DNA of 64,000 nucleotides from Nymphaea colorata (Eukaryota): positions 35,712,001 to 35,776,000 of the forward strand of contig NC_045138.2 in NCBI RefSeq assembly GCF_008831285.2, given 5' to 3'. Below the pieces are notes generated by a model, which was given only the letters and a program-made list of their open reading frames with translations, was not told the DNA's origin and did no database searches. Made by a program: the position numbers and the translations under genes. This document shows, piece by piece, positions 38,101 to 50,695 of this stretch (positions are counted from its first letter, which is position 1; each line of letters starts with the position of its first letter).

Positions 38101-39807
38101 TGGTGCTTGTCCAACACAGCACATTCGGTTCGGTCAAGCCGAACCGGGTCGAAATTGACCATTTTAAATGTGCTTATAGCTAAATTATCTTTAATACAAA
38201 AAATTATATGTAAATATAAATAAATAAGGCTACTAAACAGTTAAATAACTATGTAATAAATGATGTATATACATACACACATATATATACAACCTCGCCG
38301 CACCCGCACCTAATTCTTTTGAAAGATTGGCCTGTCCGCACCCCCACCCGCACCCTGCACTCAGGTGACATATATTACAGCTTATTGATTGTTGATTATT
38401 GGTTTGTTTTTGGGCTATATATATATTTTACATCCTTCACCAGCATCCACACCCATACCTCGCACTGTGTGATATAGGAGGAATCATCAACAAAAATTAA
38501 ATTTTCACCCCGTTTATGATTCTTTCCTTTTTATGAGTACTTGATGGAACTATGTGGAGATTATATGGTGATCCTGAAAGAAGGTAATCATTTGGATTCT
38601 GTTTCCTAGATGATAGCTGCTGATGTTTTGTCTGGATGGCTATGTGAGAGTCTTTGGCTTGTAGTATGCCTGTTCTAATTTCCTCTTCCTGGAACTGAAG
38701 TTGCTGTGTGTTTACTTTGGTCGTTTGCTGCTATAATAGAATCCTAATATGTATATTAGGTGGGATTAGAATGTTAAACCTTTATCTTAATACGTTCTTT
38801 ACTCGTGAAAACTTCCTAGGTAGGGGACATAAGCATGGCAATTTTCTCCATTTCCTCAGGTTGAGGTCTTCAGCTGCAGTCTGTCAAAATGTTCACATCT
38901 TTATGTGCTTGACTTGAAACCCAACGAGTATTGCCATCACTGACATGTGCTTTCTGTCGTTATTTGGCAGGTCGCACAAGCCCAAGCTGAACAAGCAAAA
39001 GCTATGCAGCAACAGTTGCTTGCTGGACCCGCTTGTGGTCCGCCTGAATTACCTTCTACTGTTGAACCTAAACAAGCTCAAGCACAGATTGCAACAACCA
39101 CAGCCATCTCCAGTGCTACCCATCCACATCAGCCAGTGCCATCTCAACCACTCACTTCTTCAGTGGACATGAAAATGACTTCTGAAGAACAAAAGAAAAC
39201 TGCTGCTGCTGTTGCGGCAGAAGTTGCTGCCAAGTTAGCAGCGTCAACATCCTCAGCTCAGATGCTCACATCTGTTTTCTCCTCTCTTGCTGCTGAAGAA
39301 GCCGCATCCATGAACTTTGGTTTGAAAACCAGCAGCTTTGGTCCAAGCAGCTTCCCAGCTGATAAAAGACCAAAATTGGAGAAGCCCATGATGGTTACCG
39401 ACACAACTAGTTCTTATGTTTCTCACTACCAGCAGCAACAGGGTGGTTCTCTTGCACAAGTCCCAGGCCAGGTGTCAACAAGTAGTTTGCAGCCTTCGCC
39501 TTTTCCACCACTTCCACCGTTGCCACCACCTGCTATACAGCAACAGTATGTGCAAGCAAGTGGTATGATGGTGGGGATGCCGTATATGTATAGTGGCAAC
39601 AGTTTACCCCCCCAACCGCCATTGCCTCCACAAATGGCGGTGGCAAAATCTGGTTCCACACAGATGCAACAACCAGCCCCACAGCAGCAGCAGCAGCAAC
39701 AACAACAACAACAACAACATGGTGTTATTCCTGGTTATTACCAGGCACCAAATGCTAGTTTCTATACGCAAGGTGGTACACAACCAACTCAAGCCGTGCC
39801 TCGGTAG
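23151..39807 (+). CDS. RPRD1: Regulation of nuclear pre-mRNA domain-containing protein (RPRD1-like): CID domain, coiled coil, Q/P-rich tail; 549 aa
   Basis: Exons 23151-23226, 24335-24582, 26233-26388, 26548-26704, 29450-29589, 29715-29750, 38971-39807 (1650 nt, phase-consistent). CID motifs: [51 protein letters not shown]. Also [14 protein letters not shown] and a polyQ tract. Confidence 0.93.
23227..24334 (+). other. Probable U12-type (minor spliceosome) GT-AG intron
   Basis: Donor GTATCCTG (consensus RTATCCTT). Branch site CTCTTAAC lies 9 nt before the end of the intron, with no polypyrimidine tract in between. Confidence 0.85.
25525..26124. mobile_element. Solo LTR (600 bp) in RPRD1 intron 2
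   Basis: TGTGAAA...TCTAACA termini flanked by a 5-bp direct repeat TAAGC (25520-25524 and 26125-26129). Contains a (CT)(TA)(CA) microsatellite. Confidence 0.75.
27459..27806. mobile_element. hAT-like MITE, same family as 38050-38373 (right end approximate)
   Basis: Begins ctatgtcacatgggtgcggg, with gggta/taccc subterminal motifs at both ends and an AT-rich core. Confidence 0.55.
31500..37027 (+). mobile_element. Full-length degenerate Ty1/Copia LTR retrotransposon
   Basis: 5' LTR 31500-31736 and 3' LTR 36787-37027 (TG...CA). PBS TGGTATCAAAGCC at 31737, PPT GAGGGGGAT at 36778-36786, CACCC TSD at 31495-31499 and 37028-37032. Domain order gag-PR-INT-RT-RH. Confidence 0.97.
32501..36750 (+). 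pseudogene. Copia gag-pol polyprotein with multiple stops and frameshifts
   Basis: Motifs: FLAGLN (gag), decayed zinc knuckle [21 protein letters not shown] (protease), WHERIGH..CDVC and IHCDVWGP (integrase), [19 protein letters not shown] and LVYVDD (RT), [15 protein letters not shown] and CDNKSAI (RNase H). Confidence 0.95.
37555..37930. mobile_element. hAT-type MITE (376 bp)
   Basis: Perfect 12-bp TIR CATAGTCACAAA / TTTGTGACTATG and perfect 8-bp TSD CTGAATAT (37547-37554 and 37931-37938). An inverted relative lies at ~24630-24800. Confidence 0.92.
38050..38373. mobile_element. hAT-type MITE (324 bp)
   Basis: Imperfect 17-bp TIR ctatgtcgcatgggtgc / gcactcaggtgacatat. Degenerate 8-bp TSD attatatc / attacagc. 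cgcaccc subterminal repeats. Confidence 0.7.
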
Positions 39808-42800
39808 TTGTCTTTCCAGTACTGTTCCATCAATTTGTCGTGCTGAGGTCTGATGCTTGGGTTGTCCACTTTATGTGTAAGTCCATCCTTATGTACATTT
39901 TGCATGTAAACTGCATGTGAATGCTACTATGCTGGATCTTGTTGAAGCTTGCCTGTAGTATGTCGTAAGAATCCGGAGGGAGAGAAAGAATAATAGTAAT
40001 GTTATGCACCGATGATTTTGAACTGTAATTTAATGCATATTATGTAGCGATCTGCTTTTAGATGTAAGTTACCATAATTTAAATTTCTGTACATTTCATC
40101 CTTCTATCTTTTATTTGTCAAGATTTTGATTCTTCATGCATTCAGAGTTGATCCTACTGTCTTTTAGCTTTTTTTTTTTTTTTTTTTGGTGTGTTTATGC
40201 CCCTCGTCCTCCTTTTCTGCTTTAGTTTGTCCCAATTCTGGGAAATGTTTTGCCTCTCCTGACGTATTTGACCCAGGTAGTGGCAGTCCTCTTGCTGATG
40301 ATAGTCACTTGTGAAATGTGAAAGCCTGAGCGTCTACGGGCAGTGTTATGCATGAAATGCATGTGTGAGAACCTTTGGAATCGTTCAAATGGGAGGCGAT
40401 GACAAATGGCAGGCTAAACCAGCACACCCTGGAAATGGGTTTCTTTCATCTCAGGTGTCGGTGGGACCAGTGTCTTACATATTATTCTTCGAAAGTTAAA
40501 AAGTCTGACTTTAATTCATTCATTTTTTATTTTTTTTTTCTTAGGATGACACCATCCTCTAATCCAGCTTTGTAAAAACTAGGCTTCATAAAAATGAAGT
40601 TTTTTAATGAGTTTTTGAAACTTTTTTTTTTCAGGCGACACATCTAAAACAGTTTTTGAAGAACTTAAAGAGGACCCGGTTTTTCACTTCTTTTTACAAA
40701 ACCAGATTTTGTGGGTTTTCTTCAAACCAGTTTTGATGCCCCCCAAACACTTCAACAACATAGTTTTGAAGTGTCAGCCAAACACCCCTTGTATTTGCCA
40801 AGATTATCTCCACCAAATGGAAGAAACTTGAAAACTTTCAATGCGTCATAGTAAGTACGTTCATGAAATGATAAACTGCCATTTTTTATCTTTGTGGTCA
40901 TTGAATGCCGTATTTGCCATGTAACTTTCACCCTTAATGTGATTCGAATTGGAACATCCTTCCAAGCTTCATAAATATGACGATCTCAGATCGAAGAAAA
41001 GAATTTCATATCGGTAATAAGATTGGATAGAAAGAAATCATGCCTAACTAGATTCCATGAAACATATGCATGACAGCACGTAAACCACCAACCAAAACGA
41101 AACGTCGTCCCCGTCGCCTTCCCGCAGGACTTGGTAGCCGCTGCTGACCTTCACCTAAGGCATGCGGCAGGGGAAAAAATGCACGGTATGGGGTTCGACT
41201 TTTTTGGAGGGTAAAATTACTCTTCACCAGGGTAATCTTTTTTGTGCTTTACATGAAAGTGAAAAGCCGTACAAAAACGGCAAGTTTCTCCCGATGCATA
41301 TGCACACAGTAAAATCCAAACGAGGCCTAAAGGACAAAAAAAACTTCTGCAAACATCCTTACACTTTGCATTCTGTCATAGTAAGTTTCAATTTTTGTTT
41401 TTTCCATCGTTTGATTAGTAAGTTTTTCTGAAAAGTACATTCCAGTAAAAGGTTTCTGGCTATCAAACTTGGTGAGAAAGAAGCAGACGAGGAAAAACTG
41501 AATATCGTTTCCGACTTAGCCTATCAACCTGGGGGGATCATATGAGAAACTTCAAAACGAGCTTGTTCTCGATGTAAACTTGTATATCGAGCAGGTTTTT
41601 GTATAGTCTTTTCGATCGTGCGCCTTGCAAGTACCCATTGTGAAGCAATGACAAGTGATCTTCTGCTTTCTTTTGTTTTTTAAGTCTGCCCAACAGAAGA
41701 CGATGGTACAGTCCAGAATTATTTTATTTGCTAGTGCGCACATAATGAACTGTATTTAGCTGATAAATGTCGAAACTGTACTTTGCAGAAAATTAATGCC
41801 AGGGAATCGCAACCTCGGGGATTGATCATAGTCATACGGCCAGCCAAAGGTGGAATTTTACAAACTTGTTCACGTGAACTAGTTGCTTCGTAAGCATGAT
41901 TTAAAACTTTGCAGCCAGAAAGAAAAATACAACTTACAAAGCCAGAATAGTACTGTACATTTGACATGGGTTTACAAATTTTCTTTTGAAAAATGGGGGA
42001 CAGATTTATTTTCTCTTATAAATTTGTATTTTTCATGATATATTGATAAGATTTACGTTTTCCAAATTGTTTAAATTAAAAGAGTATGACAACACATTGT
42101 GGTCATATCGTAGCATGTCTGTTTCCATCCATGTGGCACTGGTTACCACATGAAGTAACCAGTGAAGTAAATAAAGAAAATAGATGCATGACATTACGTT
42201 TACGTCCATATATATCACGTCTCTACCTTGTACAGCCATGAAGTAAATAAAGAACAACCATTCTTTTTCTTGGCAATTTAATGCACAGAATAAAGAAAAG
42301 CAAGTGACCAGCATTTTCCAATGTTCCACAGAGTTCATTTATTTTGGTTGGGGGCTAATTCTCAGATATATAGTTGCTTGCTTTTGAGTTTTAACTCAAT
42401 CCCTATGCGTATTCTAAAAAAAAATTGCTCAATGATTAGCTATCACGTTGTGCAATGGGGGAAAACTATATCTTCCTCCCATGTGGGTAAATAACTATAT
42501 GACAAGCAGCAACGTGGTGGCACCTGTGCCATCGGGGAAGTTCTCACAGTGGGACCCAAAAGAAAAAGCAGCGTCGATCCCACCTTCATCAGCCTAACAA
42601 CAAAATCACTAGACTGTTAGTGAGAAGTTAGAAATTTTCACGTTCTTTAGCATTTTTGTTGGGAAAATACAGATTTTTGTAAGGAATATGTTGACAGATT
42701 TAAGTTTTCAAGGGGAAAGAAAACTTGTTGGTGTTCTCCTCTTGACCACATATCTCAGTTGTCTAAGTCATGTCAAAGATAATCATGGGTTCCACAAAGC

Positions 42801-42873
42801 CCCCATGGACACATCAGTCAATGTCAAGCAACAGTTGAAAGGAAAAGCTGGCTATGATCTTATCACTGCTCAA

Positions 42874-43149
42874 AGTTTCTTTCAAATCGAGTTGCTGGAG
42901 AAACTCACATCCAAAACTGCTCATTGGGTTACCAAGATTCGAAGTACTTCACTAGTTATATTTTGAGTTTCTTTCAAATCGCGTTGTTGGAGAAACTCAC
43001 ACGCAAAACTACTAAATGGGTTATCAAGATTCGAAGTACTTCAATAGATATATTTTGAGTTTCTTTCAAATGGAGTTGCTGGAGAAACTCACATCCAAGA
43101 CTGCTCATTGGGGTGTCAAGATTCGAAGTACTTCACTAGATATATTTTG
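42874..43149. repeat. 92-bp tandem repeat, 3 copies
   Basis: Units start at 42874, 42966 and 43058 ('agtttctttcaaat...gaagtacttcactagatatattttg'). Confidence 0.95.
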
Positions 43150-43411
43150 CACATATATTTTCTCTGTACATCAATTAGCCAGGTTTGCCTCTTGGGCAGT
43201 GGATCTCGGAGGCAACTAATAACAGAGGAAAAAGCAAATGGAAAAGGGGAAATATAGAATAGCAGAAGCGCAGTAGCTTTCCTAGTTTCTGCTAGAAGCC
43301 TAAAAAACATAAAGAGTGAAAAAAACAGAAACCTGCTACAAAAAGGGAAAAAGAGGAAAAGTTCATCCTCTTTGAAGTATAGTTACATCTGCCCCTGTGC
43401 CGCCGCTGCTA

Positions 43412-43841
43412 TCAATGCCTGTTAGAGAAAGAAAGTCGATCGAACTTCCACTTCGACCTGCTAAAAGAAAAACCCATATCATTTTTTTCCTTCCTTCTGC
43501 AGTGGATCCAAGATTTGGTTATAGAGAACAACTGAGAAGCAGAAGAAGAAGATGTCGAAAGCATCAGAAGCTTACATATTCTGAGTAGGATTTGGTCTGC
43601 TCGGCGGGATCCTCCTCAAGCTCTCATTTGGCTCAGAGATGGGTTTGCCGGCATCCTTCTGCAGGCCGTTGAGAGTCTGATAAGACGAAACTGATGGAGG
43701 TGGTGCTGCGGGCTTTCTTGGTGCATTAACAGCTCCATGTCTTAGACTCCTAGCGTGGCAGAGAGAGAAGGGAGACATGAAGAGATGGACGCACAGGAGC
43801 AATAATAAGAGACAATATGAGCTTTTGCTGATGCTTCTCAT
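43412..43841 (-). CDS. Secreted small-peptide precursor with an atypical CLE-like motif RRIPPSRPNPTQN
   Basis: Hydrophobic signal peptide MRSISKSSYCLLLLLLCVHLFMSPFSLCHA|R, variable linker, C-terminal motif. Exon 1 is 43841-43576 (donor GTAAGC) and probable exon 2 is 43457-43412 (..SKWKFDRLSFSNRH*). The unspliced form stops at 43572. An alternative in-frame ATG lies at 43868. Confidence 0.8.
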
Positions 43842-46800
43842 GGCTTCCGGATGGCTTCTGTGAAGCATTGTAGTTGGCGAAAGGGAGAAGAGAGACAGTA
43901 TGAAGATGATGCATTCGATTTTATATGGGAGTGTGGGACTTTTCTAATAGGAAGGAAGCAGGCAGTCATGTGATGCAACTTTGACTGTTCCAACTTTGAT
44001 TCACGTTTTTTGGGGAGTAAATCAAATTTTTCGAGGCTAAGTTGTATATGGAAGTCATGTGAGGAGGCACGTGACACTCAGTGGTGAACTTAGTTTAATC
44101 CTTTTAGTTTTAGACTTAACCAGCTCTCTTTTCTCCCTTCTGTAACTGCAGAAGTACTGAACAGTTTATACTTTCTACCTTTAGTTTTCTGGGATAGTAG
44201 TGTACATGAGTTCATAAACCAAAAATCTGCCAATCTCTTTCCAAGGATAATCACTAATACGAAGGCACTGCTTCTTCACATCTAGCAGATTAATATATCA
44301 TATTTTGCAAACATCCACGGGAGAAGAGATGTACACACAATGTGCAGGAAACTTCCGAGCAAGTGGTCACCAAGGGAACCCTAAGGGCCAGTTACATAAG
44401 AATTTTGCAAAGTTGTGTTACCATGTAATGTAGTCTCTCTCTCTCACGGCTTCCTTTTTCTTTTATAAGGTTGTCCTCATGCTTCACCTTTTCACAGTTC
44501 AAATTTACCGAAAGTTTCTCAGCATGTGATTCCTTTGTTTTTTGGGGGATAAAACTGAACTGCAAGCTCAACAGGCTAACTCAACGTATTAAAAGATAAG
44601 GACCCAACTGGTGCAGTTCTATGATCATTGGATCTTATGGGTCGAAACCCAATTTGATTTATGTCTGCGTCAGTCCAACTGGGGTCTGATCTCAGTTGGA
44701 TCCACATGCTTCCTTCTGCCCAAGACTGGACTTTGGCTGCTTTATTCTAGTCAACCGAGACCCAGCCCGCATTTAATTCTTGATGCTTAAACTTCAACCT
44801 GTACCATGTATGGACACTGACCCATTTCATAAATAACCCATTTTCTTTCCGAGTCTTTCATTTTCTTTTCTTTATTTCCACTTTGTTTATAGAAAATGAA
44901 GTCCGAATTGCCTGCAGTTTAAGAGCAGAAATTTCATGTAACTACGTACCAGAAACTTTACTGCCCTTTTCTGAAATTCAATCATACACATAATCGTTAT
45001 GTTGGGAGCCCCAACATCTACTTTTGTGGTCTTCCTCGTCGACGTATAAATAAAGATCTTATGAGTTATTAGTCGCACAAACTAATAAGATGAGTAAAAG
45101 ACCTTACCTTTAAGATTGCAGACAGTCAAGATCAAGTTCACACAGTTCGAATTTTAAGCAACTTTAAAATTTGATTTTCTGTGTGCCTTTCCAGGATCCA
45201 TCTGAAGAGGGCATCTAAAAAGTGACAGTATCTAGCAAGCACTTTTTCTTAGCCTTTTTACGCCTCGGATTCCTCTTTAACTAAAATTCTCCTTCAAAAG
45301 AACCCATTGCTTCTGACCAAAATTCAACCATGCAATTAAATAAGGACATGCTTTCTAGTACAAGCACATACACTCACAGAAGGTCCACTGGGCTTTCCTA
45401 CCCTCATTGCTGGCACTCTGCAATTTCATCAGAACCCACCTTCCCTAGCGTAGCGACGCCTGTTTTTGGGGGCAGAATATAGAATACTTGTTGTGATACC
45501 AAAAAGTATCTTTTTTTTCCTTTTAAGTTATAAAATTTTATTAAAGAACACATCCCTAGGAGAGTAGGAAATCTTGGTACCATCTCTCTCTCTCCCCCTC
45601 TCCCATCCATTTGGGTTTTTTTATACATCCCCCATTTTTCATAGACTTGAAGTGAGTTGAAACCAACGTTGATAATTAGAATAAGTCTCTTCTTCGCTTT
45701 TTTATTTTTTGTTTTTTGAGTTTAAGAGTGATGGCATGAATTTCAATTGGGCTGTCTTCTTGTTGTGTTCACTTGGAGATGATTCTTTCGGGGATGGTCT
45801 CATTGGGCTGTGAAGAAAGCTGGCTGATTGGACTTGAGTAACTTTTGGTGTCTTTTTCTTCTGTCTCTTTTGGTTAGCACATGGAGAAATAGCGTCATGT
45901 AATTATATTAATCCTTGTGTAATCGGCGATTCAGTAGTATGGTTGCATCATCTGACCTTGCCAGTGTCGTTGTTCAACATAGCTACAGTTGCAGTACATG
46001 AATGCCCACGGAAAACTGTGGGCCTTCTACACACACGCACACACACAGACCTATTATTTTAAAGCATAGAAAACCATTGGTTATGCTTCAAATCAGCTTA
46101 GGCAACCATGTGATGAATTGTTACTTTTCAGCTTCTACCAAAAAAGGATTAATCTATAGATCAGGCCATCATTATGCAGGAGGTTCAGAGTGAAGCAATT
46201 GATATATGTTCTAGCACGCTCTTCATGCTATCTATGATGCCTTAGACTTCAACTAGAGGAACTGACTAAATTTCGATCTGTAATTCTATCAATTCCTACC
46301 ATTTAAAAGAGTTCTGAGAGTTCATACGACCTTAGGTTTCACTTCATACAAGCTTTTCAAAAAAGTTTCATAGGTACAGCAACGGCGTTCATGTTTATGA
46401 GCTGGATTTTTCACATAATGCCAAGTTAACCCTTCTTTTTTCTCCCTTTCGGTTACGCCAATTTGCCTCCGTCTGTGTGTTTCATTAGTCTCAATAAAGT
46501 GCAACTAGCAACTTGTTTTCCAACTGCAAGTACCCCGTTTCTAGGCGCAGGACCTCACGTATTTCATGACGTTGAAGCTGGTTGGATCGCTCATCAAAAT
46601 GTTTAGGTATAGACCACATTATTATTAAATTTATGAGGAAGATAGACAGTGATATGGGGAAGCAGAATATGAAATGACGATAGCCAGGGATGTATCTATG
46701 ATTCTATATATTACAGTTGGTGATCTTCAACGCAACATTATTCTATGTGCTACTTTCTCACCGAAAAACGCGGGGATAAATTGTTTATGTTGACAGTCCT

Positions 46801-48978
46801 CAAGCGTTATTTGACTGTTGATGGTCCCAATCTTCGGAAACGGAAAAAGAGGACTCTTTGTCTATTCTACGCGTTCAAGCAAGAAGGATGTAATTGGATT
46901 CATGTACCATCTACTTCCCAGATTTTAAAAATGAAGAAGATATTGCATGATCATATCCAATTCTAAGAAATGTAATTTATTTGCAACTTCACCCAAACCA
47001 TGTTGGTTTGGTTGACTACCATTCGGTATCTTCCATTCAACAAGTTGGTATTTTGAAATTCGACTGCATTAGCTGTATGGGTCAAGTTTCCTGTTAAAGG
47101 AAAACTAGCAAAACAGAAAAAGCCATGACTTTGATGTGTTGGAAAGAATCGGTAGATTGCATGAATTTAATACCCGAAATGACAGAACAGGGCAATGTGA
47201 ATGGAGGAATAGCTTTCCTGCCAATATGATGAATTCTTTAGGCAACAGAAGAAAAAGAGGTTTTGCATTCAGTCGAACTGGTGTAAATCGAGGAGACATT
47301 TTGACCAAGTTCTAGAACCCAGGAACTGAAAGCAAGTGTGCAGAAATTTTCGGGTTTTTGCATACATGAACACCCAGCTCAAGCTTTGATGCTTATGAGA
47401 ACAACATTAACACCCAGATGAATCAAGAATCAGGAGCTTCAATAAATTCATTGTTTCTTGTTTCATGTAATAGTCCCTCACGACTTGGCCCCAAAATCGC
47501 ACAGATCTTTCAATGTTTGAAATGTAATTTGCAACCAAAAGCTGCAGAATCAAGAGTCTGATGTGCCACGATACGTTGAGCTCCAAATGATTATTCCCCG
47601 GAGATTCTGGGTTGAAATTTTGAATTCATACAAGCTCGAAAGCGGATTCCCTTTCTCATAATTCAAGAGCGGTTGGGTTCCAATATACTGGTCAAATTTT
47701 GTGGTTTATTCTAATCCCTGCCTTCCCTCTTTCCCCTGTCTCTTGCTGGGAGATTCCAATTATGCTTTCTTCATCAGGTTCTTTCTTCAAAATAAACAGA
47801 ATTCTGCTTCTTGGTGGTCTACTGCAAGTGTAAGCAAGCACCTAGTCGTCACACATAGCCTTCAGCTATGTACACTTTAAGTTACTGAGCAGGCTGCAGC
47901 TAGCAGTTGAACATGCCTCTTCTCCTTGAGACTCTATTTGAGTGCCTAGAGATGGATTAGATTAGCTAGACAATAGCACATCGTGGGTCATCTGTCTTTT
48001 CTCCATTGAAAAATCTGTGGTCGATCTAAGGGCTTGCATGGTGGCTAAAAGTTGCTGGAGATCTATTATGTGGATGTCATATATAGCATAGGTTATACTG
48101 ACCCTGCATCTCTAGGTGGGTGGGTAATGAGAATCAATGGTTATAATGTATCAGCTTGTTATCTATTGCAAAATAAAGTTGGTTTAATCCCTGAGATTTT
48201 GAAATTTGACGTGAACAACTTATTTGTTGGAGAAAATGACAGAATAGTGCCATTGCATTTGCATTCGCAACTTTATGATGTGATAATTCGCTCCAATTTT
48301 ATCTTGTGTCCAAACAGCTGCCTATAAGGTGAGGAACCTGCAGTGCTGGACGACGCAGAGTGGCAGCAGAAGCCACAGAGGCGTCCTCTTCCTGCAGAAA
48401 GGTGAAGTAGGAAACTATGCCATCAGTTTAAATGGATATATGTGCGTTCAGTTTCTTGAGACTGAAAGTCCATCATTGCCTAGTAATCAGTCATCCTTTG
48501 AGGTGAGTTTTTCTCGTAGAAACCTGCAATATGGCTCCATGAACTAATCTCTGTTTCTATTGCTCGTGGCCATGATGAACTGTAATTCGGTAGCGGAAGA
48601 GGAAGTAGGGTCACGTAATCAAGCATGCCCGATGCGTGCAGAAGCAAATCCTGCATACCTACCACATGCTTAAAAATATCGCAGGATATTCGATCCTTTC
48701 CTCTTGTCAATCAAATATATTATAGAGGACAAACACGTAGCCTACCAGTACTTAATCATGCAGACCCATATCAGCCACATGGCCACTGGCTTTTCTTTCT
48801 CCTATTTCCAAAAAGGTGTAGGCGCGACTCCCGACTCCTTTTACTTGTTTACATCATTTGACGCATGATTCTAGCTAAACTATTCTCTTCAAAGACAAAC
48901 ATTAGGTACTCATGAATGCGTGAGAGGTTAGGCAGGTACCAGCACATTTTTAAGTAATTAAAGTTTCAACTAGGGGAG

Positions 48979-48981
<3 letters not shown>

Positions 48982-49058
<77 letters not shown>
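48982..49058. repeat. Compound (TA)n(GA)n microsatellite
   Basis: Seen directly. Confidence 0.95.
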
Positions 49059-50695
49059 TGGATTGATAGAATGTTTTTTGGGTCTTATTTTAAATGGTTT
49101 GAGCTAAAAACATAATCTTTTTATGCTTCTTCAAGCAAGGATCCAATCTCGAGCACCGATCTTGCCTCATGTTTATTAAGCTTTTTCGTGATATTAATTT
49201 CTTAAAACAAAGTGGTTGCAGGTCACTCGAGTTTTAGCCTTCCACGCACCATCCCATTTATTAAAATGGGTTTCTGCCCGTAAACTAAAGCAACGACGTC
49301 AAAATTGTATGCAGGTAACATTTTTAATTGTTCAAGAAAAAGATATGCGAGTATGAAATTCTTAATTTCATATTCAAGAATAAATACAGAAACGTCAAAC
49401 AGAGAGTGAAGATATAAGAACATGCCTCGTGCCTTCACTAACCATTCTTCGCCTTCATAATCTATCTTGAAAAAGATTTAGGATCTCATTAGATGGATTA
49501 TCATGTTTTTCAAAGTAGTGTTGAAATGATTTATCGTTTATTTGGTCAGTAGGTTGGACCAAGTCCATCAATCAATAGGTTGAATATGTAGCCACACTCA
49601 TCATTTACCAAGGCCGTGAAAGGCAAAGATAGTTAAATATACATGCCAACCACTTATATGAGTTGAGAAGTACACAATCGCAAACGAACTTGAACATTTT
49701 ATCCATGCGCAGATTAGGGCAAATTATAGTGAATGATCATGTCTCACATAAAAATTATTAAAATTTGCCAGTTAGTTATTGCAGTGACTTTTTATTATAG
49801 CAAACAATATGTGCAGTATTAGTCAAACCATGTCAATTAAATTTTTACAAAGGCTGCTAGTTATTGCAGTGAATTTCTATTATAGCAAACATCTAGTTAG
49901 GTTGCGTTTGTTTATGCAACTTTGCTAACCGGATGTTAAATTCATGTCAGGAATGGAATGGTTTGTCACTCTCTTCGAAAGACGGAGCACCAACCGATGG
50001 GCCTCAACGCGAGTTGGACCATGACATCCTGTCATCAATTACTGGTATTATACTCATGGAGGCATTAGCAGGATGAAGGAGCAAATGGGACATCAGGATT
50101 TGCTGTATCATTTTTGTTGGTCTCTACATCAGAATGGTCATCCTTGCACGGGGACAGGATCTTCGTCGTGGATTACTTTTGCAACACTGTAGCTCTGTTC
50201 TATTTCTTAACAAAAAAGTCATACCCCGAATATATCAGGACGAGCTAGCCTTATGCCGCACACAAAAAACCATGACACAGTCGAGCAAGGAAAGAAATAT
50301 GAGATGATGCAACATCTAATAAAATTGGTAGCAACACCATATTGATGCCAAAAAAAAGTTTACAGGATTGCCACGGTTCTGCAAAAGGCAATACAATGGC
50401 TGTAAACATACTCAAATTCAGCTTGATTTAATTCACTCCAGTGAATGAAGGAGAGAACTTTATCGACTCTGGAAACAATATACAAATATACGACAAATAT
50501 GACTTCCTAAATTCATCTGACTGACTTATTATGAAAAGAATCACGGATATTTACATAGTTCCTTTCAAGAACAATTCCAAAGACTCCAAAAGGGAAGAAG
50601 CAAACCAGGAAAAGAACACTCCCAAGACTCAAAAAAAGAAGAGCAAATGACAAATCTGCACAGAAGAAGGCTACTTGGGGTTGGTCACTACAAGA

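Noticed and set aside
40735..40756. 15-nt match (cccccaaacacttca) to the complement of miR395
   Set aside because: No hairpin partner seen; it lies in a Tourist-like MITE end rich in ccaaacac motifs, so it is probably chance.
42874..43149. CRISPR-like reading of the tandem arrays (also 10215-11390)
   Set aside because: Eukaryotic DNA, contiguous units without unique spacers, no cas genes.
48329..48710. GC-richer island with short ORFs and an ATGATGA C-box-like motif
   Set aside because: No matching D box or terminal stem, and no recognisable protein motif.
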